A DNA stretch of 64,000 bases from Amoeboaphelidium protococcarum X5 (taxonomy: Eukaryota; Fungi; Aphelidiomycota), in the NCBI GenBank assembly GCA_023515725.1, contig JALDTO010000246.1:219680-283679 (forward strand), written 5' to 3'. The notes under the pieces are model-generated. The model saw only the letters and a program-made list of their open reading frames with translations. It did not search any database and was not told the origin of the DNA. The position numbers were made by a program, and so were the translations under genes. Shown here one piece after another: positions 1 to 12,285 of the stretch (positions are counted from its first letter, which is position 1; every line of letters begins with the position of its first letter).

Positions 1-424
1 ATACGGCAGCAAATCCCACCAACAAGCCTATCATAGTCACAACAATCCACGTCTAGCTAGCATGCCATATCCTAATCGCGTGATGAATCAGCTTTCGCTT
101 CCGCCTCTTTGTAAAAATTCGATGTATAAAAGATTGAATCAATGGTATTTTTGAAGCATTCAAAGTACTGGTAGAAGCTGTAGTAGTAGCAGTAGCAGTA
201 GCTGTAGTGTAATCAGCTAAGTCATGCAAGCTGGCGTATCGTTCCATCTCTTTGAAAGCTCTCTGCTCCTTCAATCGCCGCTTCCTTGCCATAAGACCAT
301 CCCTTAACCAATCCACTGTATCATACTCTCGGAACTAATTCTTGCTATTATTATTACTATTACTGAATGAATTTACCGTATTTTGACTAGATGCTGACTG
401 CGCTTGAATAGGATCCAGTTCCAT
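1..424 (-). CDS. CLC voltage-gated chloride channel/exchanger (GEF1/CLC-3-like), N-terminal part; runs off the window
   Basis: Code-6 translation gives FREYDTVDWLRD...WHASQTWIVVTMIGLLVGFAA, the CLC N-terminal signature. Alternative in-frame ATG at 526. Confidence 0.8.
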
Positions 425-555
425 TTATAGTTATGTAATGTTCTTCAATAGTCCCTGGTGATTACAGTACTATTCAAATAAAGGAAGAGAATTGAAGAAG
501 TGGAAAGTGATAAATCTAAATTCCATTGATTTATAATATTTAGAAGCATTTTAAT

Positions 556-2178
556 TCAAATAGAATACTATTCAGATTCAATTTACTTTGCGCGTGCTCT
601 GCATTGTCTGTAATGTTACTCTAAAGCCCTGGTGTCCATGAAGCTTTTAGTTGAAGTACACGAACTTGACGCGTTCGGACAGCGCATTCTCATTCCAATC
701 AAAGGCTTTAAATATTCAAGGTGTAATTTATATCCACTGGACTGTCCATATTTAGAGTCGTCGTCGCCTTTACTATCTCCAGTAATCTTGACTGCTTATC
801 CACAGATGGAACACGGTTCATATTGATATCCCCGTTGCTGAGGATCTTTATTAGCTTCAACTACAACCACATCGGGGACATTCAAAGTCATTTGAGCATC
901 ACCACTAAGATCAGATTGATTAGAATGAATTTGAGCCAATTCTTCGCTTGATAACTTTTAATGCTTATACAGAGTATGCTGCCGCAAATCTTCAAATCTC
1001 TTAAATACTTTGCTACACCCATCAGCTTGACACTTGAACGACTCAGTACGATCTTACGGGTCTTTATTCGACTGCAGACCATGTATAGATAAGTGATGCA
1101 TTCGAATAGCACGTAGACTCTTGTATGATTTCTGACAGTCTGGGCACTTCCATACATGAGGAGTATCTTCTACTTCACCAGTTGTTTTTTCTTATGCCTT
1201 TTTCTATTAAAGTTTTCGCGTTCTATCCTTAACATACTTTACAGGATTATACAGCACTTCTTTAGTAATACTAGAATCGCCTATTACTTTTCCAATCTAT
1301 TAATCAGTCACGGCAGATGATAACTTATATCTATTAGTGTCTTAAGTCACGCTAACGGGATCAAAAAAATCAGAGTCAAGAGATAGAGACTACAGTTTAC
1401 TATCAAGATCAGTGGAATATTCATGGATAGAGCCATCAATACGCGTGAATCGGTAAGTAAAACTCTTCATCTCCTGCCGTGTATGCTTTATAGTGTGCTA
1501 ATTCTTAAAAGACTACCCATTCTTATTTCGCTTGCAAATATAACCTTCATAATCTGACTCAATACACGGCAAGATCTCAGCTAGGCGTAGATTCAAGCGT
1601 TATGGAGTGGTTGTGACTGAACTATCATCAGACACCAGGTGCCATCTACGCTCCTATCCAGACACTAGCGAAATGATTATACATGGATTAAATGCATGAG
1701 AATTACTCTAGTCCTGATAGCCAGATGGAGTATTATCGCTATCACTTAGCGCATTCTTGGCACTATGTAAAAAGTGTGCTAGCAGAAATCTGTGTAAATG
1801 GAAATTCTCAGTTCCCAAATGTGGATGATTCCAATAGATTATATCAAACTTTTAATCAGGGAAATGACCATCGAGATTCCACGCGTTAATCTAATGTAGA
1901 ACTTGCACGTCTTTATAGCCAGATAATCGCCTTAATATACCATCAGATTCTGGATACTTTTCCAGTACTTCCGCTCTAGAGTCGAAAGATGTACAAACCA
2001 TTTGAATCTTGACTATGTGAATATCACTACTGTCTAGTCCTAGATACTTGTGCGCCGGCCTCAACTGATCATCCTCATTAAATTCGCCGCAGTCATATAT
2101 TTACTTAGCTAGAGCAAGTGAAAAGCTAAAATTTCCATCTCCCAGCGCTAAAATTCTAATACTCTTCTCCAAAGTCAT
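556..2178 (-). CDS. BMT5/DUF2431-like SAM-dependent rRNA methyltransferase domain fused to C2H2 zinc fingers (540 aa)
   Basis: Motifs ILALGDGNFSFS, CTSFDS, FDIIYWNHPH, ISLVSGQ; fingers CPDCQKSYKSLRAIRMHHLSIH and CQADGCSKVFKRFEDLRQHTLYKH. Single open frame with UAR=Gln, ends in TGA. Confidence 0.85.
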
Positions 2179-2256
2179 TAGTTATCTAATACTATGTGTT
2201 AATGGTTAATAAGTTTTTTTTCAGATTATAAATTTTGTTGGAGAAAGCTGTTTTTG

Positions 2257-3435
2257 TCAAAACCCTGGTTGGAGAAGACCGGTTTTTATATATAATTTCT
2301 TTAAACACGTGATTTTGCTTAAACCAGCAACATATTCGTGATTATCATTCAAAAATACACGTACATACGAAATTTTGAAGCAAAAAGTCCAAGTGTTACG
2401 TGTTTTGTAAAATACTGGCTTAAGTGCAGGCGTATCACTGCCAATCACGCTTGTGTCGCTGCTTAACAACATCACATTATACTTAGTTGTTAGCGTTGGA
2501 ATATGTAACAGCTTCTAAAACTGACTCTGCTACAGAAGGCAATCCAAACCACTTTTAGTAAATGTCACCATGTGCAACTTTTTGGCAGGGAACGGAAGCA
2601 ACTTTGGATATCTCAAATGTACACACGCCAGTTGACGAATGCATTTTAAGAAGAGCCTGAGATAGACAAACCAGCTGGACTTAAATTTTGATACACTAAG
2701 AGGATATTGTACTGTTCCCAACGTCGAATCAGCTTCTAACTAACCCTTAATGTCCATCACTTCCTCAAAATATTCCTAAAGTCCATCGTCCAACATAGCA
2801 ATACTGTCAGCATTAAACTCACGATTCTTTTTAACTACTTTTTGAAGTTCATCAGAGCTTCCATCATTGCCAGCAAATTTCTCCAGCCTATTGAGACGTC
2901 TTGACGCAAGATTTACCAAATCATTGAGCCTGAATACAGCGCCGAGTCCAGCAATCTTCAAATGATATGCCACAACTCTCTTCAACGTCTTCCTAAGATT
3001 ACTAATAATGTGATTTTAACAAGCAACACCAAACTGATCTGCTGCAGACGCGAAGAGATACTTAAAATCGCTCCCAGATGGGTATTCAACCTGCAAACTC
3101 TTGAATTAATTTTGGTCGAACACTGTAAGTAGGAGTTTAGAGACTTCATTAGAAACGTCCGATTCCTTTTAACGTTTATGACCGTATACGAAGAGATGAA
3201 ATATATCGCGTATCACCTTTAAATCCAACATTGGTGAGGACCGACTTCTTTTCAGACCGATATCACCACACAAGAACGATAAAGCATAGAACTGAACGGT
3301 CATGCAGCCAATCAGATTAATTCTATTATAGTCAACAATGCATTTACTTATAACGTTCTATTCTTCATCAGTCCCTTTCCACGCTTTTTCAAATCCGCCT
3401 ACATATGATATAGTTCGATAGTTACTTTGGCTCAT
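2257..3435 (-). pseudogene. 3'-truncated Fanzor1-like gene (REC/WED half, no RuvC), 392 codons
   Basis: MSQSNYRTISY...YNRINLIGCMTVQFYALSFL...FASAADQFGVACQNHIISNLRKTLKRVV...PKLLPFPAKKLHMVTFTKSGLDCLL...TWTFCFKIS follows the Fanzor1 N-terminal motif order. Similarity ends near 2320, just before the expected TDG motif. Confidence 0.65.
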
Positions 3436-3839
3436 CTTTACTTTCTTTGAGATACAGTAAGACGTTAAGGAGTTGTGTTAATCGAAACCGAAACAGTGGC
3501 AAAGGAGCGTGTTTCCTAAGACAATCAAGCGTTTGCCCGTCCCACTGACTCATGTGCAGTATAGTGTTGTACAAAGAAGGTCTCTAACCCAAACCCGAAC
3601 CGATAGATTGGATCAGGAGATTTTTTCTTTCCTCGTAATGTTTGCTATTCACCCCTTGATCAACATCACTGCGCTCCGTGAAAAAGCAACGTCTCAGCCG
3701 TCTGTAACCATGTAATACAAAATTATTCTCTAGTCGATGTGTGTAATTACCTCTCAATGTATGTGTATGTAATTATTAAGCGTACTGTTCTCGCGCTAGA
3801 TGAACTAACTGCTCTTCAGGTAAGCCATCCATATTATTT

Positions 3840-5613
3840 GTTTTCTGTGCGTCCTCTCTCGTTTGTGTAGATTAAAGTTGAGAATGATAGTAATCCTTTA
3901 TGGAAGCTTCCGTATTGTTTAAAAGTTTGTATATGTGCCATTGTTGGATGTGGGGCAGAAGTCAACTCATGATTGTTAAAGTGACTCTTGTGCACATGTA
4001 TAGGAGCTACATTTTGCAGTCTATGAGCCTTCACACTCTCTCTGACCGACGCTCAAGGTTCACACGCTTGACATTAAGCTGCGTTTGCTACTTACTGTGC
4101 CTATTTTGAAATAGGGGACGGATCGGCGAAAGCTTTGAACTCTCTGATGCGTGCTTGAGTGCTAGGATTGAGTATGCCTCAAGGATACCACTCCTTTTGT
4201 TCGCTATAAGTGGTGACATTATGGCATCTCCGGATCCCGGTGTACGCATTTACCCAATGTTTGCCGGACGGAAGTTTTCTGTTACGATTGATACTCATCC
4301 TTTAACCTATTGTCAACGTATGCCTAGGAATCTGCTATTGCCATGTGAGGTAGAGAGTGCCGTGAGTTCAATTCTAAATGGGGAACTGATGTTATAGAAC
4401 GCGCTCTTTCGCAGATACTTGTTCTACTTTGGCGGAGTCCCGCTGTGGTTTACAGAGTATGTTTTGCATATTTGGAGGAAGATTGAGGAGAGGGATTCAT
4501 CTGCTGATATCCTTACTGATGAATTGATTTAAAGAGCCTACGTTTTCGCCAGGAATTAATACGTCAAGCTATGGGCGAATAATCTAAACCCTGTCGATTG
4601 TGTTGCGCTGGCTGCATATGAATTTTCAAGAAGAGCTATAGATTTATATGATATTAAAATTGGTGGCAAGTATTTGTATCGCATTTGTGATAGGTAGCTA
4701 TGTTTGGTGAATCAGTCTGGCGAAGTGGTCATTCCATATGCAATATTTCGTCACTTGGCTGGATATCGCTTTAGTTTCTTTGAACATTAATGTACTGAGG
4801 CAATCGGTTGTTTTATTGCCTGTATTGACTAATTTATTGACAAGGTAGATGAAAAAATGTATGACAAAGCACCATGGTAGTTTTGGGAGGTGTTTGGAGC
4901 TTACTATCATGCATTGTTGATTAATTCGCTGATTATTGTTGGCTATACAGAAGTTTAAGTGAATCGACTGTTTAAAGGGGCAATAATCAATGGATGTGAA
5001 GAGGAGGTCCTACTTAGACCAATGCTAGTTATGGAGATTGAAGATAAGTTTTCGCAAACTATGAATTAGACTCTTGAACGTATAGGGCGTTAGAAAGAGC
5101 GTCATGACTGGTTGAATGAAGGTATGTTGTTTTAAATGGCGAAAGAGGCTAAGGTGTAGATGTGATCTTTGCGCTGAAGAAGAAGTCCTCTGATGGGTAT
5201 GTGGTGTTTACTGATTAACGCAGTATTTCTGGAAGTAATAATCCGGGTTCTATTAATGTTGCTTAGTTGATGCAAAAAGCGCTTATTAAGCCTGATATAT
5301 TTACAGATAGCAGTACCTTGGTCACTGCATCTTTAGTGGTGTCAATGGTGAAAATGTCAGCGCTGTCGATTTGGAAACTGATAGCGTTGTGGTCTCTCGT
5401 GATATATATGATAAGTATCATGGTCTATTGGCGACTCACCCTGCATCCCGCCCGTTTGTGAAAATCAACTCGGATCCTATCTCATACATTTAAATGCTAC
5501 TGTAGGGGAAAGATAAACACTAATTGGCTGGTGCGATTGTTCGTCAGAGACAGGTAAAGCCATACATAGCGAGTGATGAACTAAGAGTTGTGGGTTCACG
5601 AATAGTCTCTTGA
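3840..5613 (+). pseudogene. Crinkler (CRN)-like effector remnant: NTPase-like region + PD-(D/E)xK nuclease + HhH-like tail
   Basis: Frame 4155-~5135 is open (YFGGVP, PWQFWEVFGAYYHALLIN), then frameshifts to NGERGQGVDVIFAL...VVFTDQR and YHGLLATHPASRPFVKINS. 5' part is degraded. Confidence 0.6.
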
Positions 5614-5884
5614 AGCATCTCTCATTGCTGATTATTAACAAAGAGTGTCGTTTAATTGAAGAGAATCTTGCAAAAATACATCATATTACTATATAAAGCT
5701 ATTTCATTTTTACTTTTGATCTTGGTCCCGGGCGTAAAACACCGTGCTCTTATATACTGTACATTTCTAGTGTTCTTTCAAACTGATTCGACCAAAAAAG
5801 CGTGAGAAACAATAGAAAAAACGTGTCAAAGATCCTAAAGCGATTTACTTCAAATAGACTGTTGAAAGTAAAACTAGTATAAAC

Positions 5885-7567
5885 ATGACTAAATTAAAAT
5901 CTATATTCGATACGCCGTCGTTGCGAGATAGCTTCATTAGCCATGGACTAAATGAAAGACACGTAATTAATGTGTAGCGATTCGTTTTAAAGAATGCTCA
6001 GGATCTGCTATCTGGAGATAAGAGCAAGGCGTGTATTGATTACACCATGATTAAAGATTTACCCAAGAGAGCTATTGAATTTTTGGAACGCGAATATCGT
6101 CCGTTTATCACTACTGTAACTGATGTGAAGACATCTGCTGACTAGAGTACTACTAAGCTTGTTATTAAATTGCAAGATGGCAAGATGATTGAGACGGTGA
6201 TAATGCGCTATGGCTCTGTCGATTTATCTACATTCCCAGAGGCTGAGCGTGAGCGTGCTGAGCGAAATTTACTTGCATAGCAGATAGACACGAATTTAAC
6301 CAATTCCGGTGATGGTGCAAGTATTATGAGTAATACCACATCAGCGACGCGTAAATACAAATCTAATGCGCGTTCCACCGTGTGTATTAGCTCTCAGGTC
6401 GGATGTGCTATGGGCTGTAAATTTTGTGCCACAGGAACTATGGGCTTGATGGCTAATCTTAGTGCTGGAGAGATTGTTGAGCAATTGGTTCATGCAAGTG
6501 CTGTGAACAAAAGCCCGATTGGTAATATTGTTTTCATGGGAATGGGAGAGCCACTAGACAATTATGCAGCGGTCAAGTGTGCTGTTGAGAGCTTCTGTCA
6601 CGTCAGTTTGTTTGGTCTATCACCAAACAAAATAACAATCAGTACAGTCGGAGTCGTCAATAGACTTCGTTAGATGGTGACTGATATGCCAATGATTAAT
6701 CTTGCTCTTTCATTGCACGCCCCAGAATAAGAATTGCGAAGGAAAATCGTGCCTAGTGCAAAGTCCTATGCTCTTGACTAAATACTTGACGCGGTTAATG
6801 AATTTGTGTTGAATTAGAATATTGCAGTCACTGATCGCGCCTTTGAAATCAATGCCGTCCGTCTGCAGAAGCTATCAGTCAAAGGGAAACTGGCATCCGC
6901 GTAGTTGGATAATTTAGAGACCATATCTGTGAGTTAGATGACCACGTCCGAGACTTTTAAGAAGAAAGTTATGCTTGAATATGTTCTACTGGGTCCGTCA
7001 GTGAATTGCTCGGATGATGTCGCTCATAGTCTCGGTCAACTTCTCACCTCTGTGGCTTTGCCTGAATCTATGGTACAGCTTGACACGGATGATGATAAGC
7101 GACTCCGATTCGAGAATAATATCATGCTCAATGTTATTCCGTATAATCCTACGATTGCTGGTGTACCACATGGCTACGAGCCACCACCTTATGAAGTTGT
7201 ACAACGCTTCGTGGAGATTGTCCGCACTTATGGTATTCATGTACTAGTGCGATAGGAGATGGGCTCTGATATCGATGCCGCATGTGGTCAGCTTGTTATC
7301 TAGAAGTAGACAAGTACCGAGAGTCCATGCAAAGATGCTGACATTGAAGATTCAATCGGAAATGCGGGAAAGATGTCCTCAGTTCAAGGTACCTCTGTGG
7401 TTAAGAGCAGACGAAATAAGGTAAAGAAGTCCGAGATTGCAGTGACTCCATCTCCTGTCAAAGCCTCTCATAAGCGAAATAACGCCCTTACTGTGGTTTT
7501 ATTGGGAGTTCTCATCTTGATGCTTGTGCGAATTACTTGGAAAATTTACTGGACGTGGATGAATTGA
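5885..7567 (+). CDS. RlmN/Cfr-family radical SAM RNA methyltransferase with C-terminal TM helix (560 aa)
   Basis: SSQVGCAMGCKFCATG (CxxxCxxC), MGMGEPL, LSLHAP, DIDAACGQL; hydrophobic tail; ends in TGA. Confidence 0.9.
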
Positions 7568-7719
7568 AATCGATTAAAATATTATACTGATAGTCCCCTG
7601 ATTTTCTTCGTACATCTCGATAAATTTTTCAGCTCAATTTCACGCAGCGGTAGCAATTTAGTTGTCCCTGAGATGGAATTTTTATCTTTGTCAATTCTTA
7701 TCAAAAAGTGTGGGGGAAA

Positions 7720-8724
7720 ATGTCCCGGCTGATATTGTTGTTGTTGATGACGTGTATGGTATGGATTGCCATTTGCTAAGCGTAACTTACATCTATCCAC
7801 TCCATAGCAAGTCGCGGCGATATCACGCGTCGCCCTGGACGTTAACTCTCAGTCAGTACAATGGCTTAAAGTAGGAGGAGATAAGAGCCACCTCGCCGGC
7901 CGAAATATATAACCTCCTCATATCCATCTGTATTTCAGAAGAAGGAAGCTGTGCTGAGATTCAAACAAGAGTTTCTGACATACAAGCAAGACATGGGCTT
8001 GTATAGATTGCCTTAACTCTCGATGGCAATTCAAGAGTTGATTCGTACAGACTCTTTAATGACTGCTACTCCGGAGGAAGAGATGTATGATATAGCGTAC
8101 TTTGTGTCTGATATCGTATCTATGCTGAAAGAAAATATCATAAACCGCGCCTAGAATACCAAGAAAGGTATGCCACTTACTATTAAGACTGAATAGTTGC
8201 GACAGCTTTCTCTACTGGCCTCAGCTGCATTATCTGCGTGCACTAAACTCATCAGATTGCATCATGAAGATGATACATATCGTGAGCTTATGTAATTTAA
8301 GCTGAAATAAGTAGAAGATGCAGTTAAAGCCGTAGTTTCTGCTCTATGGCAAATAGATGACGCGTCTACTTTTGGTAGCTATATGAAGTTCATGTATCCT
8401 TAATCGGCGCGTGAATTGCATATCGCAAGCGCAGTAATGACCATAGCGCTGTAGGCAAGCAATCAATTATGGTACTAGCTTTACAAGAAAGATTAATTGG
8501 AATATTATATAGAATTACAACAGTTTTAGAGTGCCATTCAGTCCAAGAAGTCGAGTTTAGTGTTCCGGGTAAACACTAAAGATTTCTCAACGTACTGGCA
8601 GTACCAAGTGGAAGGGAAAGAGGTTATTTATTCGGCACAAGTGAACTTTCATCATGAGTACGGATCAATTTATGGTAGAACTTTTCTGCCCTTTGACTAT
8701 GACAGTTTTGTCAGTGATTTGTGA
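7720..8724 (+). CDS. Hypothetical secreted protein (334 aa)
   Basis: Uninterrupted code-6 ORF; signal-peptide-like start MSRLILLLLMTCMVWIAICQA. Confidence 0.7.
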
Positions 8725-8820
8725 TTAATTTCAAGTTATATAAAGGTGGCCATAAATAAAAATTAATTTTTTTAAATGTGATATTTAACGCAAGTTGAAA
8801 CTGAAAGAGATTGTATGTGA

Positions 8821-9610
8821 TCAATACTAATTAGATTATTTTAGTAAAGCTCTAAGAGTCTTGTTAAGCTATTTGAATTGGTCCACTTTCAGTTCGCGTC
8901 GAATGGCAAATCTACCAGATGTACTGGGGAGTACGTAAACAATGGTTTCAGTATTGAGGAAGCCGCGATGAATTATTTTTGCCTTGGCTCCGTCCGCGAT
9001 TTTACCATGGGCCTTCTTCCCTAAGCATTACTATTAAGTCAATACTAAATGACTTGTCTCCGTGTCTTGCCAATGTTTTTGAAATATCTTGTAGATTCCA
9101 CGACCGACAAAGGCCACAATCTTGGGCCGATATTATTCCAACTTGGCACGCAGTTCAAAGAAGCCGTCACGATAATCAGTTTTAGTCAGATGGTTAGCTT
9201 CACGCGTAGGCCTTTTGGCAATGTTCGTCAGTCCAATGCGATACTTCTCGGGGCACTCATAATCATTAAGGCAGCTTAACTTGACACCATCAGGTAATAT
9301 TCTACACTAATCTCGCATCTAATGAGCGTCGTCTATTCAACGAACTGTAAAATACGATTTACCCAGATTGGTTCAAACACGTCCAAAACATGTTACTCTT
9401 GTGAGCATAGTGGTGTTGAGTAAGACTACTTTCAGCTCCAGGATTATCCCCTGAGAATACAATGTCCAAATCCGAGGACAAATAATCTGGAAGTGGCTTG
9501 TATATCTTAGGATCTAAAGCCTTTGTAAAAACTTTCATCGCCTTATTCCAATGATCCGCCGACTAACGAGAAAACGTTGTGATTGGTGAGCAAACGCTGA
9601 ATTATTTCAT
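8821..9610 (-). CDS. G/T(U) mismatch-specific DNA glycosylase (TDG/MUG family), one intron 9302-9362
   Basis: LDIVFSGDNPG, HHYAHKSNMFW, IGLTNIAKRPT, RPKIVAFVG, LPSTSGR. A 61-nt GT..AG intron restores the frame. Confidence 0.88.
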
Positions 9611-9659
9611 AGCGTGACTGGAGAGTAATATGAAACCGCGTATTGTACTAATCTATTAA

Positions 9660-11783
9660 TCAAGGCTTTTAAGTCAAATATAAATCTTGTAGTGAGGAAT
9701 GCGATGTTAAAGCTGCTGGTGCTTCCACATTCTGTTGGACTTTTGGCTACGAACGAACCTCTTGACTGAGGATGACATCAGCAGAGTGGACAGCTGATTA
9801 AGTTTACTCTATTTAGAGACGAGATGCTAATATGGTCGATCTCTCCACAATATTGGGAAGCAGGGCGTCTCCGCGTATGCTTGACTTGTAAAGCTGCGCA
9901 GGCATTAGTCGCAGCCGATTTGAGTCACCATTTTTGCTAATATCTGGTGACTATTTTCCGTTCATAATAGAGAATGACGACTCTGAAGCCACAGTTTAAG
10001 ATCCTTCACTACTGTCCGCGCGCAATCCACGATTGTGCATGTATGCTTTAGCAGAGAGCTTGGCCGCCGTGAGACGTTCGATCAGCTCCATGATGGACGG
10101 GCGCTTAGTTGCATCTTTATGCCATGCCAGACGTAGCAATTCTATAATTTCCACTGGAGTGAATGGATCCGGCCGAGCCAAGTACTTTTTAATGCTTGGT
10201 CGTAATCCTTCATCGCATATACCATTTATAAGCTCCTCCACGGTCAGTCCGGCCTGCAACTCCTCCATATACGGATGCAGCTCCGAAAAAATCTCCCAAA
10301 TCACTATGGCAAGTGAAAATGTGTCAGACTAAATATTGTGCTTTCCAGTTTTGAAAACTTCCGGCGCTATCCAAGGCACAGAGCCAATAAGCTTATCCTC
10401 CTCTCGTTTGCGCTACCCCAATCTCCTCTTGCCTTTCCTACTAATAGAACCTTGAAACTCTATGGTACCTGCAAACTCGCTCAGCCCGAAATCGCATACT
10501 TTAGCATTATGGCTGGCATCAATTAGGATATTCAAAGACTTGAAATCACGATGAATTATGGGAGGATTCTATGAATGTAAATAATTAAGTCCCCGAGCGC
10601 TGCCGGCAGCCAGATTTACGCGAACCATCGGATCAATGTCTTGGTACGTTGAGCTTTCAATAAATTCGAATAGCGAAGCATTTTCACAAAGTTCAGTTAC
10701 CAGGAGCATGTCAGGTTTTTGCAAAAAGGCGCCCATAAAAGTGACAATATTAGGATGACGAAGATTGCACATTACACGAATCTCACGCTCGAAAGCCTGT
10801 AGGGACTTACTGGCCTCTTTTTGCTTTTACCTCTTTGACTCGGAAACGCTCAACCAAGATTTAATTTTTAACGGAACGTCTTTCATTAATAAAGCCATAT
10901 CTTTAATAGATTTCCGGGCTGTAGTCGGGGATTAAGGCTATGACACCAAATCATTACAATGACTGTCATCCGGCGGTAAAAGCTTTTTAATAGCCACAAG
11001 ATTTCCTTTCCATTTCCCACGGTACACTTGACCAAATGTACCCTGTCCGATCAGACTATCATATACAACGTCATTTAAATCAATTTTCCAACTTTCGGTT
11101 TCCATTTCATTAAGAAACTACGATCGCAGCATTATTTCAGCCTGGTACACGTATATCGCAACTGCAATTATGGTAGACAACATGACTGGAATTTAATCAA
11201 CCAATTGATAGTAAGTTTACTAGATTATGGTGTATGTGAAGGAAAAATTTACAATGCACGTTATCACTGTGCTAATCAACGTTAGCAAGAATCTGCGCCG
11301 AAGCACTATTGAGAAGACCATGCTCATCAATGCATTCCATGCCAGAAATTGAATGGGAAAGCCTTAGATCCTCAAGTAAACCGACAGCAGTATAAGCAGC
11401 ACATCGACATACATGAAATGGCATATCACATATACAAACTCCATCTTGCTAAGCAAGTACTGACTTTACTTCTTGGAGGCCAGCCAACAGAGATAGACTG
11501 CAGCAAAAGACCATATCACCGAAATTGAAGGTATAATTAGAACAAAGGGTCCATACGAAAACCACTGCATCGTTATATCATAGTAGCCAAGCAGGATATA
11601 AGTGTAGAGGGGAACAAAGCAATTTACAACAAACGCCATAGGAAGATTCTTAATGATAAGATAGCGTTGATAATCTGTTTCAAGCCTTGAATCGGCAAAG
11701 CTTAACGTCCATTTGCTCGCCTCATAGCTCTTTCCGGACAGGGTTTGAAAATTGGTGATCTAAGTCAATGACAGCTGCAGCAT
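9660..11783 (-). CDS. Multi-pass (about 6 TM) membrane protein with TKL-type protein kinase domain (707 aa)
   Basis: About six hydrophobic segments, then [60 protein letters not shown]. Confidence 0.85.
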
Positions 11784-12285
11784 ACGTACCCCGCCTTAAA
11801 AATAATTATATTGCAATTAAAACAATCAGAATATACTATTGGAAAATAAAAGTCTTAAAGCCCGTTTATGAAGATCTTCTAAGTTGACTTATTTATATCA
11901 CTTTGTCCCATCAACGCTGCTCAGATTGACAACGCAAACTATAAATCTATCACTCCAGCCTCAACAACATCCTTAGCAAATAAGCAAGAGCCCATTCTTC
12001 GGGCGCAAATAATAGTTGTCCATTTTACTGTAAGAGAGTATTACCTGTAAGAAAGTTAACCGTTATACACAGCTAGTATCCGTCCGTGCACGGCTCTCGC
12101 GTGAAACGTCTTTACGGATGCTAACTGTGGAATCACACGCCGCATCGAGATCTCCATCGTCACCTGTTAATTGAAATCAAAGGGGCCGCTGATTTTTCAC
12201 CATGACACATCAACCGCCACTATATCTCAATTTTCAACACAATACCATTTTCTTGTTAAAGATATCTTCTATTACTGTCCTCAGT

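Noticed and set aside
3622-3636. Similarity to Fanzor 3' sequence ACGAGGAAAAGAAA (47165) as a guide target
   Set aside because: Short, low-complexity and gapped.
8821-9660. Cyclase domain C-terminal to the 6TM kinase
   Set aside because: The kinase ORF ends at TGA 9660, and the downstream sequence is a separate TDG gene.
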